In this document: positions 39,801 to 53,605 of the stretch, one piece after another | Position numbering within the stretch: position 1 is the stretch's first letter | Layout: every line of letters starts with the position of its first letter | DNA from: Raillietiella orientalis | Lineage: Eukaryota | Reading direction: 5' to 3' | Length of the DNA: 64,000 bases | NCBI GenBank assembly: GCA_036172245.1 | Contig: JAYWIR010000021.1 | Coordinates: 744,001 to 808,000, forward strand | The notes under the pieces: generated by a model | What the model was told of the DNA's origin: nothing | Seen by the model: the letters and a program-made list of their open reading frames with translations, nothing else | Database searches by the model: none | Position numbers and translations under genes: made by a program

Positions 39801-42800
39801 GCGCCCCGCTTCGTAGGGAGGGAGGAAGCAGTGATGATGCCCTACATCCCCTTGTGGATAGAACGGAGCTGAATGTGGACCAGGAATATCGAAACGCTTC
39901 CGGTTCCACCGCATCTTCCGGCCTTTCCCTTCGTGTCTCGCTCTTTGGGCATGGAAGAAGGGGGGATGGGGGAAGGTGGGAAAGCCCCACCCTCCCATTC
40001 CCGTCTGCGCATGCTCTCCAAGGGCTCTCTCACCCATAGCGACGCTGGTCTCCCTGCCACGATCCTTCCTGCCAAGGGATCGCGGGGGTCATCGAGCGCT
40101 TCTGGGGGTCGCGGAGGAGGCAGGGAGATTGCTTCCTGCTTTTCCCCTCCCCTTCTCCCTCCCGGCCCATGTCGAACGAGAAGCCCTGCAGGCTCCTCCC
40201 GTTCCCGCGGGCCTCTGGGGACGCACCCGAAGAGAGGGCGCGGCGGGCGCGGGAAAAGAGTCGCGAAGGCGGGATCGGGAGGCGCCGGCGTCACGACAGG
40301 CTCTCGCGGAGTCCCGTAGGATAGTGCGCACACCTTTCACGTGACCGGACCGCACGGCCCGGAATATCCGGAATCGATAGCAGCGGTTCCCGTCACGCGA
40401 CGCCTACAACGTCCTCCTCCTTCCGTCCTCCCCCTCCCCCCCCCCTTTTATTTTCCTTTTTTTTGTGTTTCGGAGCGGGTCGCGTGGGACTCCCGAAGAA
40501 AGGGAAGGCTGGAGGGGACCGGTAGTCTGTCTTTTTCGTTTTCGTCTCCTCTTCCCCCTTCCCCCCCCCTCCTGCTCCCTGGCTTGCCGAAGAGTTTTCC
40601 CTATTGGGATCCTTTCGCCATGGAGGAAGGGCTGTCCCTTCGACCAATCCCCCCCCTCCCGTGCGTCCTCCGCCCGCTGGCTGTCTTTCCGTCGCCGCCC
40701 TTGCCAGTCGTCATGGCCACGGCTCGCCCCGAAGTCGTGGTGGATCGCCGCTGCTGCTCCGGCCTCTGCTCGACCTTCCTGCTCTCTGCACCCCCCCGCG
40801 GCGCTACTACCCAGCCTCCCTCTAGACGCGGCCAGACCGAGAGATCCCATCCTCCAACTTCGCAAGGTCGTCGTCGCCGGGGCGTGCGGGCACCGCGTCC
40901 GGCAAGGATTAAGGGGAATCGCTCCGCATTCCACGCGCTCAGCTGTAACCATGGCCCCGAGCTCGGGCCGCGGATGCGCCGACGGATCACCTGCTTTCTG
41001 CTCCGCGGTGACCGTGGGGACCTCCCAGCAAGCGACCGGAGCGATCGGGCCTGATGGCGCTGCCTCCCCGATCTTCTACCCCTGTGAGCGCCATTTCGAA
41101 TGCCGAGGTCACGGGGAGCTGCCGGAAAGCTGCGGAAGGTGGAGGATGCAGATGAAACGAAGGGACCGAAACGCCTGGACCTGCCAGGAGCTTCTCGTTC
41201 TTCTTCTTCTTTCGTCTGCTTGGTCCCCCGGCTGGCTGCCTTCTGGTCATCTCCGCCACGGGCATTCGGCGCGCTCATCAGGGAGCTCATGGCACGCGAA
41301 AGCCCAAGGCGAGCTCCAAGAAGAGTCGAGGACTTCAGGTTTCACGCCGGAAGAAGGAGCGGACGGACGGACGCTTGAATGGAACACTTCCGCCCCCAGT
41401 GGCTGCTCCGCTCAGAGAGGAGCACCAGAAAGGACGGAGCAGAGATGCCCGCTGCTCGCAAAAGCAAGGAATGGACCATTTTCTTCCTTCTTTGTTTCTT
41501 CTTTCTTTCTCTCTAAGCCACCAAGCAGCTGAGGATGAAGCCGATGTCCCGGACGACCTCTTCTCTTTTGTCACCGCTGCTCGCATGTGCCTTTGCTCGC
41601 CTGCACATCTCTTCGTCTACCTCACGTCTCCCGCAAGTCTCCGGTCCGCGCACCGCTTCCAGCACGCCCTGCAGCCTCTCTGCATTCCCTCTGGATTTCT
41701 GCAGGCGTTCGCCAACGCGTCCGTTGTTCCAGCAGCCGCTTCCTCCATCCAGCAGGATGGCGTGCTGGCTGATTTTCCCTCATCCTCCCGAGACGCTTCC
41801 TGTAGTTGGAGGCGACCCCAGGAGAGCCGGCTCCTCCCCGCATCTTGGCTTTCCCTTCCAACCCTTCTTCCTCTATTCTTTCCGGACCGTCGTCTCGGGC
41901 AGCCGCTCCGTGATCACCTCTGGGTGCTGAGGCGGCTTGGGTCCATCTAGGTCCACTCTCCTGGAACGAGAAAGACATCAGTGCTCCCTCTGTACCCGTT
42001 GTTCTGAATCCGGGGCCGTCCATCCTCCCTCCCCCTGGAACGCTTCTCATGGCCATCCCTGGCAAGCCAGCATCCAACAATAACAGCAGCAATCACGTCC
42101 TTTCCATGAAAGCACGACACGGCGCCAACCTTCGAGTCATGCTCAGGCCCAGGCCGAGTCAACCTCCCAAAACGCACGGAGATCCAAGGACGGAATACCG
42201 CTTAGGGACCACCCAACCTCAAAGAGGGTCCTATTGTCCGGGCCGCTCCCCACCTGGAAGTGGACCGAACGTCCCGCACGACAGAGCCATGGACTCGGAC
42301 CGTCGAGTGACCCAGTTCCCACGCCTCCTTTCCTCCCTTGAGACCCGTGGACAACGTGGAATCCATCGAAATCCACTTGACCTCTCAGGAGCGCCCACTG
42401 GAGTGAGAGCGCGATGAGGTTCGCGGAGGTCAGTCTCTTCCCTCTCTCTTCTCCTCCTGTGAAGCCCTGGCAAGCCTTTCTTGGCCCCCAAGTAAGAGGC
42501 CAAGAATCCTGAGGGAGGTAGGCGAGCAGTTCAGGATGGTGGACAGGTCACTCGTGGCGCGGGGGCCCCCGCCTCCATCGGAAGATGAAACTGGAAGCGC
42601 TCACGATTGCCTTGCAGCTTCCGCGTGCCACCTCGGAGTTGGGTGCCGCTGCATCTGCAGTCCGAGCCTGGGACGACTCTTTTTATACTGGAAACGTCGG
42701 CTCCCAGAGAATCAGCTGCAGGTGGGAGCGGCCGCAGCAGCCTTGCCACTGATTCGCCACCCGGGTGCGCTCCTCTCCATGGAGGCCATCTCGAAAACCA

Positions 42801-43399
42801 GGATCGTTTTCCTGCGAGAGGGATGGTGTTGCCGCGGCGACGCAATCTCCGGAGGGCTTTCTTCATGCCGCACTCCCTTTCTCGCTTTCGACGGACGCGT
42901 TCCTTGCGAAGCGCCATCTCGGGGAGCGGTGTGGTCTCGAGTTTGCACCGGGTGCAGCCGCTGCCTTTTTCCGGAGCGCGGGGTCGGCGGGGTGGAGCAA
43001 CCCCTTCATCCCCTGCGTTCATTCACTCATGCGGCGACGCTTCCTTCCACCTCGGCCTCGCTTGTGAGATGGCTGGTCACTTCAAGTACCCCCCGGTCTC
43101 GCAGAGCATGAGAACTTCGGGCTTCCCCACGTGCCAGGGGGCACAGCTCGGACACCACTTCGTCTTTGCATGTGTCGACGACGGTGATTCTACCCCTTCC
43201 CCGCCCCCTCTTAGACGGGTCACCACCTGTCTTCACCGGGTCACCCTGGCCCCACCACAGTGACTAAAGAAGGCGGTGGGTCGTTGGTCCCGCAGCGCGA
43301 CGAGGGAGCGGGGGTCACACGAGCGTGCTCGGATGAGTTCCTTGCGTGAGGAGAGGGTGGGGCTACCCCACCCAAATCCTGCCCACCAGGACCGTGGGT

Positions 43400-44150
43400 T
43401 GGCCACTGCCGCCCAAGAGATTACCGGAGTGGACCCCGCTCCGGGGGCAGAGCCGGACTGCTCCGAGGGGGTTCGCGCCAGAAGGTTTCCTGAGGGGGTC
43501 TCTTTATGTGATCCCTCACGAGAGGGGTGTGGACCGGCCTCCCTTGACCAATAAAAAACCCTACAAATGCCCTTCCTTCTACTTCCCCAGGATGAGTTGG
43601 TCCCGAACGACAGGGGAGTTGACGAAATGCGTCCTTACCGTCGGACGCGACCGGCTGATGACCTTCCGCCGTATCCTCCTGCGACGTGCCCTCAGGAACA
43701 CTCGAGAGAAATGCCTCCAGGGCGTCCGTAGTGCGGGACGTTCGGGAAATGGAGGGAACAGACAGGACTTCCTTTTCCGGAGAACAGGAGAGTGGAGGCA
43801 GTTCCGTGGGCGAGGAAGGAGGGAGAAACGAAGGAAGAGCCAAGTGGACCTGCGAGGGTGACCGAGTGGACCTCTCGTCGAGCGCCGACGGGATCGCTCC
43901 GGCAGAAGCTCGCAGGGGGGAGGTCAGCGAGAGACTGACCTTCCTCTTCGCAGCAGAAACAACCCGGAAGGGTAGCGGGAGAAACGCTCCTTCCGCCCTC
44001 TTACCTCCGAGCTCCCTGGAATCGTTCGACAAGGCAGGAATCGGCTCGGTGCCTTCCCTGATCGGGATCGCACGCGTATCTTGCAGGAGGATCGTGGGTC
44101 TCGTCGATTCGCTTCAGGGGGAGACCGAGGTGGTGCGACATTCGGTGTGC
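43400..44150 (-). mobile_element. Possible decayed LTR/DIRS-type reverse transcriptase fragment
   Basis: The minus frame contains EGAFLPLPFRVVSAAKRK and then VASDGKDAFRQLP..VEGRAFVGFFIGQG, resembling RT motifs DxKDAFxQIP and LPxG. No YxDD motif was recognised. Confidence 0.25.
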
Positions 44151-45099
44151 CCCACGGTGGAGGATGTGCTCCCCAGACGGAGTCCCCCTCAGGCATGCTG
44201 ACTGCGGCGAATGGAATTTGCCGGAAACACTTGAAACCGCCATCTGGCCACTCGGGAGCCATGGGGAAGGGAAAGGGGATGCTGTGACAGGGGAAGCGTC
44301 AAGGCTGGTCGTCCTGGAGAGGCAGATGGTCCTTCCGGGAGAAGTGGGGCTGAAGTGGAGACGACCCTCCGGGAAATACGGCCCTGGAGCCCGGAGGGCG
44401 CTCTTCCTGCATCTCAGACCAAGTGACCCTGATTCCCTGGGAGTACGCCGGCGTTCCTACCCGAAAACTGGAGTCGAGGACACAAAACGCCAATAGGCGA
44501 AAAAGGGTTCGAGAACAGGGGATCCTAGCCGAGGGGAGAAGGAACACGCCGTTCTGAAAAGCGATTCCCGGTAGCCCGTGGGTAGAGGAATGCTTCATCG
44601 CGAGACGGCAGGGCCTGCGGCAGAGAAATCTCAGGAAGGAACTAGGGGGTGTTTCCGCAGACACGGGGATCCAAGAGCCCACTCCCGGGAGGGCGGGAGT
44701 GGACGAGGAAACGAGTAGGAACGCCTGGAAGCGCAAAAGGAGAGGTCGAAGCCCATGGCTTGGGGTGGCAGTGAACGCGGGAAGAGCAGGGACTCCCTCT
44801 TTCCTGGAACATACGGGCACTCGGACTTCTTGCCTCGCGAGCTCTCATCTGGAGTTGGCACCCTATCTTCGCCAAGCTCAGCGTTCCGGCCAAGCCGCAA
44901 GTTTCCCCCTCTGACCGCCTGGGTAGAAGAAGAAGCCGGTTCCCCTCAAGTTTTCTCACGCGCTGCTCTCTCGACTTTTGCCCGCAGCCTTCTTCCGCGG
45001 AAAGAAAACACCGTCAATCCGGCGAACAACAACAACAACAGCAAGAAAACAACAACAATAAAAAAAAAGAGATGAAGAAATGGGTATCTTCGTGTTTAC

Positions 45100-48000
45100 T
45101 TCTCCATCTCTCAGAATTCCCGGGTTGCTATGAAGGAGCAGCTGAGGTCAGCGTTCTCACGGGAGTGAATTTCCTCGTGCCAGTTAACGGCGATGGTTCG
45201 CTTCGGAAACAACAGCCAAAGGGCCATCTTCAGCACCTTCACCCAACCTGCTGTGGCCGGCAATTGACTCAGAAAGGGCATCCACGGCCCTCTCACAACT
45301 CCTTCAAAAGCATCTTCGTCACGACGGAGCCCATGAGGTTCCCGCCTGCCTTGCTTAGTGATTGAGAGAATCCACCAACCACTCTTGAGGGAAGCACAGT
45401 GAAGCCCTCGCGAGCGCTGATTCATCCTGGAAGTCGGTTAGCTCCTGCATGACTTCTTGCCCCGTCCAGTACGAGCGCAAACCGAACTCTGGGTGGTCCC
45501 CAATGCGTTTTGAGGCAAGGAAGACCTGCACGTCACTCCCTAGACATGATGGGGGGCACTCATTCTTGAGCATTCTATTGAGCTGGGAGCGAAGAGTGTC
45601 CGTTTCTTAGAGATGATGAGAAGAACAAAAACTTCACTTTTCATTGATTTTACCTTTCTTTCCTTCTTCCTCTGCCGGGGCGAAGGTGACGGCGACCTCA
45701 TGTGTGCTCGCGATTTGATTTCGTATTCCTATTTCGCGATGCATTATCTCCTGGAACAAACCAATCTCCAGTGAAATTTCAGTGCTTATCAGGACAAATA
45801 GTTCTCTCCCCCCTCCCTTTTTTTTTTTTGGCCGAATCCGGATGACTGGTTGCCAGCAAGTCTTTAAGCGAAAGACTGCACTTTTCCCTTTCCCCGTGTT
45901 GGGATAAGAAATCGACCGTTCTGAATGACCTCTCAGCGCCTGCCGGCGATTCTCCTCTCCTGGAAGGACCCGCCTCATCTCCCAGCATCCTGCCTTCGGG
46001 TCATGGGCGGGTGCATTTTCTCGTGCGAGCTGATGACTACAAGTACCACCTGCCAGCTGGAGAAAGCAACAGGAAAGACGAAATCGGTTTGAACTGGGGG
46101 AGGCCTACGTGTTAGGAGGAGGAGGAGGATGGGAATAGATTGAACCGAGTGCCACCTGTGCTGTGCGCAGACGGGTTCAAAGGGAAGGCGACCGTGGATC
46201 ACGTTTCCTCGTTCCCATTGGAAAGGTGCTTTGGCCAGGCGCCGACCTGGAGCGAGGAAGATGCTCCTGTGGCCCGTGCTAACCCCGCGTAACGAAACTG
46301 GCATCAGGAATTCATCGCGTGTCCTCATCGGATTTTCCCATCCCTTCGAGAGCTTCGAACCGCAGGGGACTTCAGAGCACGAAGGCGGGCCTCACGGAGT
46401 CCTTCGTTTGCAGCCACGAGCCTGCCTCCCTTTCTGGAACGCAGCCATCTAGGGGATTTGTCTAGTGCTTCTTGCAGCTCTCGTGAGGATCTCTCAAGGT
46501 CGCCTGTGCGCTTCGCGCGGGTGGGGGCGAAAGAGGAGTTCCCCGGAAGAACGGGAACAAGAAATGTGGCGAAATGATATCTGAGGGAGCCAACCATCAA
46601 CGAGAACTGGAAAAAAGGAAGATATTCGCAACGTTGACGGGATGTGTTATTCCCAGCAATCAAAGTTCCCTTGCAGCACGCGGAGATACGCCACCTGAAA
46701 CTGAATGTGACACATCTGTTTGTGTTTTATCCCAGCGACGTCACTTTATATAATGATCTTCTGGAGATGCCGAAGAAAATTCTCGAATGGAAGAGAAATT
46801 CCGGTCGCGGTTTCATCTAGCTACATCTAGCACCTTTCCAAAGATCGCCCGAGATTAGGGGATGAGACCCCTTGAGTCGGCGGCCTGAAGGATGGGTGCA
46901 GCGAACAGCCTCAAGAAGGTTCCGCTGAGCGCAACACCAATGTCCGATTCGTCTTCTCCGCTTGCTGCGAGACGCTGGAGGCAGGGTTCAGCCTTTCTGT
47001 TCAGTGGAACCCTGGCCGCTGGCCTCGAGTTATCCTTGGCTAGGAATGTGCGTAAGATCCACTCCTCGTATGAGAGGACTCATGATGAACGCTTCGTGCC
47101 GCCGATATCGGACGGCCCTCTTTTCGCGCCATGGGCACTCTTCTACTGGAACGTTCGATACCGCTTTTTCGATCTTGCCGGAGAATTCTGAATCCTCCGC
47201 CTCGAGTCCCCATACGAACGCGATTCGTCGGAAGCAGCGACTACCTTTCCCACTTGACCTACATCGAAGAGGCTCGAAATCGTTGGGGATTGCGGGAGCG
47301 ATGCTCTTCCGCACCGAATAGCACAAGACATACTTTTCCCCCAGCGGAGAGAAACTGTTAATGATGGTGTGGTCACGGTTAGGGAAGCTCATGTGCTTTC
47401 ATCTTGATTTCTCTTCTGCGGAGACCAAAAGTTCGATCCGCGTTTGGCTTCGTTTTGCCTGCTTTTTTTCCCTTTGGGCTCTGATGTTTCCATCCCGCAG
47501 CACCAATAGGGCAAGCCTCTCCCCTTGTAATCAAAGAAGTAGACCTGTTTCGTCATGAGTTCGGAAACTGGATCTCGGTTTCCAGACAATGAAAATCTGA
47601 TTAGGGATTGTTTGCTCTTTCTCAGGCCTGTCCTCAACTGGCATTCGCTCAACGGTGCTGATGAGGCGCTTTGTTTCTGGCACTTCTCTGATCAACTTTT
47701 AGGACTGCATCGTAAACAGCCGCTAAGCCCGGTGCTAAAAAAGCAAAAAAAAGAAAAAAATGGCAAAAATGAACGCTCGAGTGCTCATTTTTTAGAGGCA
47801 GGAGAATGAATGGCTCCTCATGAGCGTGTTCCAAACACATCGGGCAAACCCTTGGCAGCCTCAACGATGCGATTCTTACTGCAGTCGAGATGCCCTGTTT
47901 CTGCCTCTGGAGCAGTCAAGCATTCTTAACGCACCTGGCAGATGACTTCACGTCTGCAGTTTCAGAATCCTCTCTCTCGAGCTGGGTTGGGTCAAGGAAA

Positions 48001-48700
48001 GGGACTTGCTCTGGCGATTGCGTTGGGAACCAGGCAATCAACTGCTTGCATGATCCGATTCGCGGGCATGGGTTTTCGCTTCTTGTGGAGCCCTTTCCTT
48101 GCCACACGGAAACCAGCAAAGGCATGCACCTCATCTTCCTCGGATGCTTCACTCCTCCACTTTATTTTCCTCTTCCGTTTGCAGCCGATAAAGCGATTCA
48201 TCAAGCAGCAAAACATGTGGAGATATGCAAGTGTGTGCGCCCACATCACGTTTTCCGTCCACCGGGTGTATCATGCGGATTCACCGATGCCTTGGAGCCC
48301 TATCGGTGCGCAGGATCGAGGGGGGCCTTTTTGCCCGTGCACCGTCTGCTGTTCACCGCGCGCCTCCATCAGCACGGCAGCGGCTGCTGCTGATCGCCCT
48401 TGCAGCAAAAGGTCGCCCTTCCGACCTGAGGAGAAAGAAGGCACCTACAGATTGTAGAGTTGCCAGCGGTGTTGGAAACAAGACGCGGAAGCTTTGCCTG
48501 TACGAGCAGCTGCCGCGTTAAATCCGTGTCAACAGTCATCATCAGCAACTTTGAGAGATTCCAGAAAAGCATTGTGTGGAAATCATCATTTGCGAACCGC
48601 TTAGGAGATCTGCTCCGTCGCGGCACGTTTGCCTCCAGAGCTGAGAATTCCAAAACCAAGATGGCAGAATGCCTTCCGGCAGAGAAAATGGGCACGCTGT
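45100..48700 (-). mobile_element. Decayed APE-type LINE (ORF1 zinc knuckles, endonuclease, RT), near full-length relic
   Basis: In the expected order on the minus strand: about 48450-48300 CLLSPQVGRATFCCKGDQQQPLPC..HR*GS (ORF1 CCHC-like); about 47390-47030 TIINSFSP, VWG..SGKIEKAV, GVDLT (APE); about 45570-45110 HPEFGLRS, DAFEGV, FPKRTIAV (RT). Confidence 0.5.
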
Positions 48701-50499
48701 TGTGTTGAGCGCGTGCTGAGCGTTTCCTGGAAGACTTTTACTCAAGATGCACCCGTGAGGACGGTTTCGATGCACGCATTGCATATGTTTTAAGATTCGC
48801 ATATTCAGTTTTGTTCGAAGCTGGGCAATTTCTCCCACAACACGATAAGGACATGAAGAGTCCTTTTGCATGACTACCCCCACAACCATAGCGATTTTTT
48901 TTTTTTAAAAAAAAAAAGCAAAAAACAAAAAAAACACTGTTCCAAGTGTCTTTAACCGGTTGCCGAATGTTCCAGAACATCTCACAACACGAGTTTCGAT
49001 ACAGGGCACACGCAGGCTTTTTCCGAACTGTATCGGGGATGTTCAAGCAGCATGATTCATACTGCACACAGTTTCAGAAAATTTTCCTTTCCTTGGCCAT
49101 CTGAATGTTTGCACAATCAGTCAAAGAGCTTATCTAATATTCCATTGCATTTAAAGTCTTCAGTCTTTGAGAAAAAACTGAAACTGTGTATAGGAGGATA
49201 CGGGTTCAGGATGGAAACGGGAAGGTGGTTCATGTTTTGTAGGTTGGGGGGATTAGTTGTATGAATTATTGTGTGTTTCGCAAAAGTGAAGTTTGGCATA
49301 GAAAATCGAAAGAGCATTCAGCAGCACCAACTTCATTCTTCGTAGCACTAACGGAATGCGCCTTGAACCAAAAGCCTTGAAAGACGAGTCGGTGTACATC
49401 TCGAAGAAACGCAAGCGCCCAGCACTCTCACCACGCCTTGAAAAATTTTCAGGTTCATTTGCTTCCTGCCGTGGACCATTCGTTTAAGCTGGCGAAAGTG
49501 CAGAGCCGCAAGATCCCATCGTCTTGGGTTAGAGCCGTCCTTTCCTTGGGAGCAACATTGGAATGCTTACCTTTTTCTTAAGAAAATGTGGAGTCTCCGC
49601 AGGAGAACTGACCACAGCTGGGAACCCATCGCTATGGGGGTGCCTCAGTAAAAAAGAAAGAGCGGAGTTCGCTGTGATGATGACACTCCATATCTGACTC
49701 CACAACGTGCTCCACAGACTGCCGTCACGCGTCCAGAGGTGCCTAACGGGTTCCGTTCCTGTGAGAGCAGGCTGGAACACGCCAAGGAACAGATCTTTTT
49801 GTACATGACCCCGTTCCCGCTTCCTGTAACAGCTGATGGGAAAATCATGGGAATGCATGATCTTCAGCAAAGAACGTTTTCACTGATTTGAACGAGTGAG
49901 AAACACGCAGCAGAAGAACGGCAAACACTATCACGAATAGCACTATTTATTGAAAAAAGCTGACGACAATTTAGAAGTTACATTTGTGGGAAGAATTTGA
50001 AAGCAAAAGTCCCCCCTTTCTTGAGAAATGAGTGCACCCTATGAACGCAAGTCAAAGTGCTCAAGGCAGAAATCGTAAGGGGAAGCAATCGCAAATAAGC
50101 ATGCATGGAATTTGGGATTCAATTCACCGATTTCAAAAAGCGATTCAGAACAGAACGGAATGATCTTTTTTTTTTTCTTTCCTTTTTTTCCGGCGAGGGG
50201 CGAAGGGTACGAATCAGCTGGGGGACGAAAACGAGTTTCACCACATTTCGAGAATGCTGTTCGAATGCTTTATACATTTGGGCGCACTCTGAGGGACTGT
50301 AAGTGAAGGGCTATTGGGGCAACTCTGGCCATCCGGCCAGCGCACGTAAAGGTAGGTGGCCTCTGATGGTTGGGGCCAGCCACCAAAGTCCGCGTTCCCT
50401 GACTCTTGTTTCTTCCCTCTTCTTCCCCTCGAAAGCCACTGCGCCTCGGTGATGCGTTTCGCTCAAAAGGACGTTTTCACACGTTTCCTGGGACGAGGC

Positions 50500-50850
50500 G
50501 TTGACCGCGCACGTCAGCTCTTCTGCATCCAGGACGAGCAACTCGGGTGAAGAGGCTGCGGGGCGACCTCCGACGGTCATCCTTGCCTTCGACGGTCTTC
50601 TCCGAAACGATCGCATCACGAATGCATCCGAGACGGATGGTTCGAATGCCTCGGATTTGCTGCTGCTGCAGTTCAAGGCCGAATTCTTCTGCACAACTTC
50701 GAACCTTTGCAGGTTTTCAGCAGCCCTCAGTCGTATCCTTGATATGAACATTTCATGCAGCTGTTCACGGACGAACGCTCCTAAAAGGAAAAGTCGCGCC
50801 GGCTGCGGGAGAGACGAGCTTTGTGTTGAGCTTTTGATCAGCTCCACGAC
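50500..50850 (-). mobile_element. LINE ORF2 C-terminal fragment
   Basis: LQRFEVVQKNSAL..AFEPSVSDAFV resembles the LxxLExVQRxAALxIxxAFxTxSxDA region of LINE ORF2. Confidence 0.3.
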
Positions 50851-53574
50851 CGAAATTCGTTCACTTCCTGGGAGCCGCATAACGGGCAACCCTTTTTTTC
50901 CTCTGTGACCTCACTGCGTGCTTCCTTCCGTCAGCTCGGAATGGATTTTTTTTTTCTTTTCTCTACCTGTACGGCTGCTTCTTTTGGAAGGCACGCCGTT
51001 TTCGAATGCTGGCGCAGATATTCCGTGGCCCATAACGAACATCCTGCTGATGCTGGACGAACGCTCCTATTAGTGCGGGCAAGTTCCATGGATAATGAAA
51101 TTTTCCGTAAATCATGCAATCATTTTTTTGAGAACTTGCTGTTTCCATTGGATGTTTTGGCTTCCGAAAGATATCGCCCTTTGATCCTCTGGAACTGCTC
51201 ATCAAGCCTCCTGGCAAATTAGCAGATCTTCTCTGGTTGGCAACGCAACGCTGCGTCCGTTTCATTTCGATGTGTAATTTTTAATTGCCACCGTTTCGGA
51301 GTTGCGTGCCCTCTGCCCGAGCCGCGCCAAGGGCAACCGGGTGAATATCAACCTACTCCGTGGATTAATGGAAGCAGCAGCTTGATATGGAAAAATCACC
51401 ATGGCTAAATGGATATCGGAAATTTCCCCCATGTCCTCGGAGACGAAACGAGGACGAAGTGGAAAGCCGTTTCTCTTCTCTCTCTTTTTTGGGGTAATCT
51501 CTTGGCTTGAGCATGTCGAATAACACAAGGTGGGTGCTATAAAGTGCCAAGTGACTTTTCAAGACGGCTCTGGAAGCTCCCGGGCGCGTTGGTGTTTACG
51601 ACTTGAATTAATTGGCAGCAAAGTGTAGATCCAGGATGCACGCGAGAACGCATCTTTCCTCGGATTTTCGACTGTTTGCATCTCATCCCGAGTTTGAAAA
51701 CGCCAAGCGTTCCGTCATCCCCGGCTGAAATCTGCAGTGGCGATCTTCTTCTGCTCCCGATCCCTTCAGGTGCCCCCAGCGAACAACCCCAGCGGTTTCC
51801 CTATTCGGATGGCGGATCACTGTGCCATGCACCCGTAACCGTTGCTGTTGCACACTGCCCTAAAAGCAAACAAAGTCTCGGACGCGTCATTGCAATTCAC
51901 CTCATTTTCCTCTTTTCCGTCCTCACGGCCGCGCCCTTTGAAGTCACCGAAGTGCTCAGAAACACTTCGGCTTTCGACGGGAACCGCGGAATGGTAATCC
52001 TTTCGTTCTTTTGGTCGACTCGGCGCGCACAACAAGCAAAGAAAGTCTCTCTACAAATAGGCAACGTGAACTTTAACCTTTTGTTTCCTTTCCATCCCCC
52101 CCCCCCCCCCCCCCCAAAAAAAAAAGACAAAAAACAACAACACACCGAAACGCATCTCCGGAGGAAACCGGGACGAATTCCGGGAGTTTCCAGTGGAATA
52201 CATTGCTCCATCCATCCATCATCTCCTTCAGATCCCGGCGGTCCATTGGATTCCGATGTGGTTGACGCGGGCGTAGGGACAAACGGTTGGGACGGGGGGA
52301 AGAGGAGGGAGGGACGCCCGCCCCCCCCCCCTCCCAGCTTGAATTGGCGGGTCACTGCCGAGCAGATGCACTCCCCGTTCCCCCCTCCCCCCCATTCGTG
52401 TAGAGGGCTGCCAACTACATTGAATGTACTGCGAAAGAGCCCGCCGCGTTGGGTGGGGAGGAGCTCCCCAGCTGCCGCGCTTTTCCCTTGGCGTTCCCCC
52501 CGCGTGCAGCGATGTGTGCCGCCCGTGTGAACGTCCTGGCATGCCCGGCGTGCCCCCCCCCCGACCGCCCCTGCATGAAAAGCACCAGCAGCGTGCAGTG
52601 AATGCTCGGAACAGATGAGGAGAAGGGTTGCACGGAAGGAAGGTTCCCCTGGCCTGCAAGAAAAGTGTCGGTTGATGGACTATTGCAAAGGCACGAGTGC
52701 AACTGTGCAGGCACATGGCCCCTGCTGCCGTTTTTTCTGAAAACACATCCAACCTGCCACTCGTGAACATGGTCAAGTGATACAGCACTTCACCACGAAT
52801 CGACCCGATACCAATGGATCTTTATTGAAAGTTCTGTTTTTCCGTTAATATTATGTTTTTCTGTAGAAAAATTTTGGAGTTCTTCACGGCTATATGTACT
52901 TTTCTTTTATGTCAGCTTTCTATGGGTAAGTCCCTTGCAATTGATAATGAATCAACGTGCAAATGCATTTTTCCTGTGTGGTACGAAACTCGGAAATTAC
53001 ACAACGGTGTTCCAAATAGTACGAATTTATAATAATAATGGAATCGCGGCCAATTTTTTTTTTTTTTTTTTTTCATTGATGAGCAGCATGTTTTATCACG
53101 AAATTTTGAAAGAAAGTTTTGTAGCAAACAAGTATTAATTAAACAAGTATTAATTACACAGCTTCCCTCACTTTGAATGGTAAATTTTAATTGCATGTGA
53201 ATGGGAAGCATCCAAGACAGATCCAAGTATCATACCATAATTTGACTTGATTTGAAAGCATTATTTTGATTCAAAGAAAGATGTAGAATATGGAAATCAA
53301 GGATCTTTCATCACAAATTTACCTTAAAGTATTTTGTTTTTATTCTTCAGCTTTTCATGTGTTTGTTAAGACTATCCAACTGGATATCAAGCTTCTTTGA
53401 CAAGATCTTTCCTTGAACACTAATGGGAAATCTCATTTCATAAAATGGATGTTCCATTCCAAAGTGCAACATATAGGTTTGAGTACAAACTTATTGTCTA
53501 CATGACAAGTTTTTATACATATGAAGAGGAACTGTCAACCTGTTGGTTACACCTAATCTTTGAAAGCCTTTAAA

Positions 53575-53605
<31 letters not shown>

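Noticed and set aside
41500..41800. VDEEM motif suggesting a piggyBac transposase relic (minus)
   Set aside because: Single short motif with no TTAA-flanked TIRs identified.
20300..45000. Numerous long overlapping ORFs (e.g. 21960-23300, 32686-33816, 34395-35651, 40465-41532)
   Set aside because: Low-complexity R/P/G/S translations on several frames at once, as expected from high GC content. No recognisable domains apart from the prohormone exons.
53126..53156. 15-bp tandem duplication aaacaagtattaatt x2
   Set aside because: Ordinary slippage duplication in AT-rich non-coding DNA.
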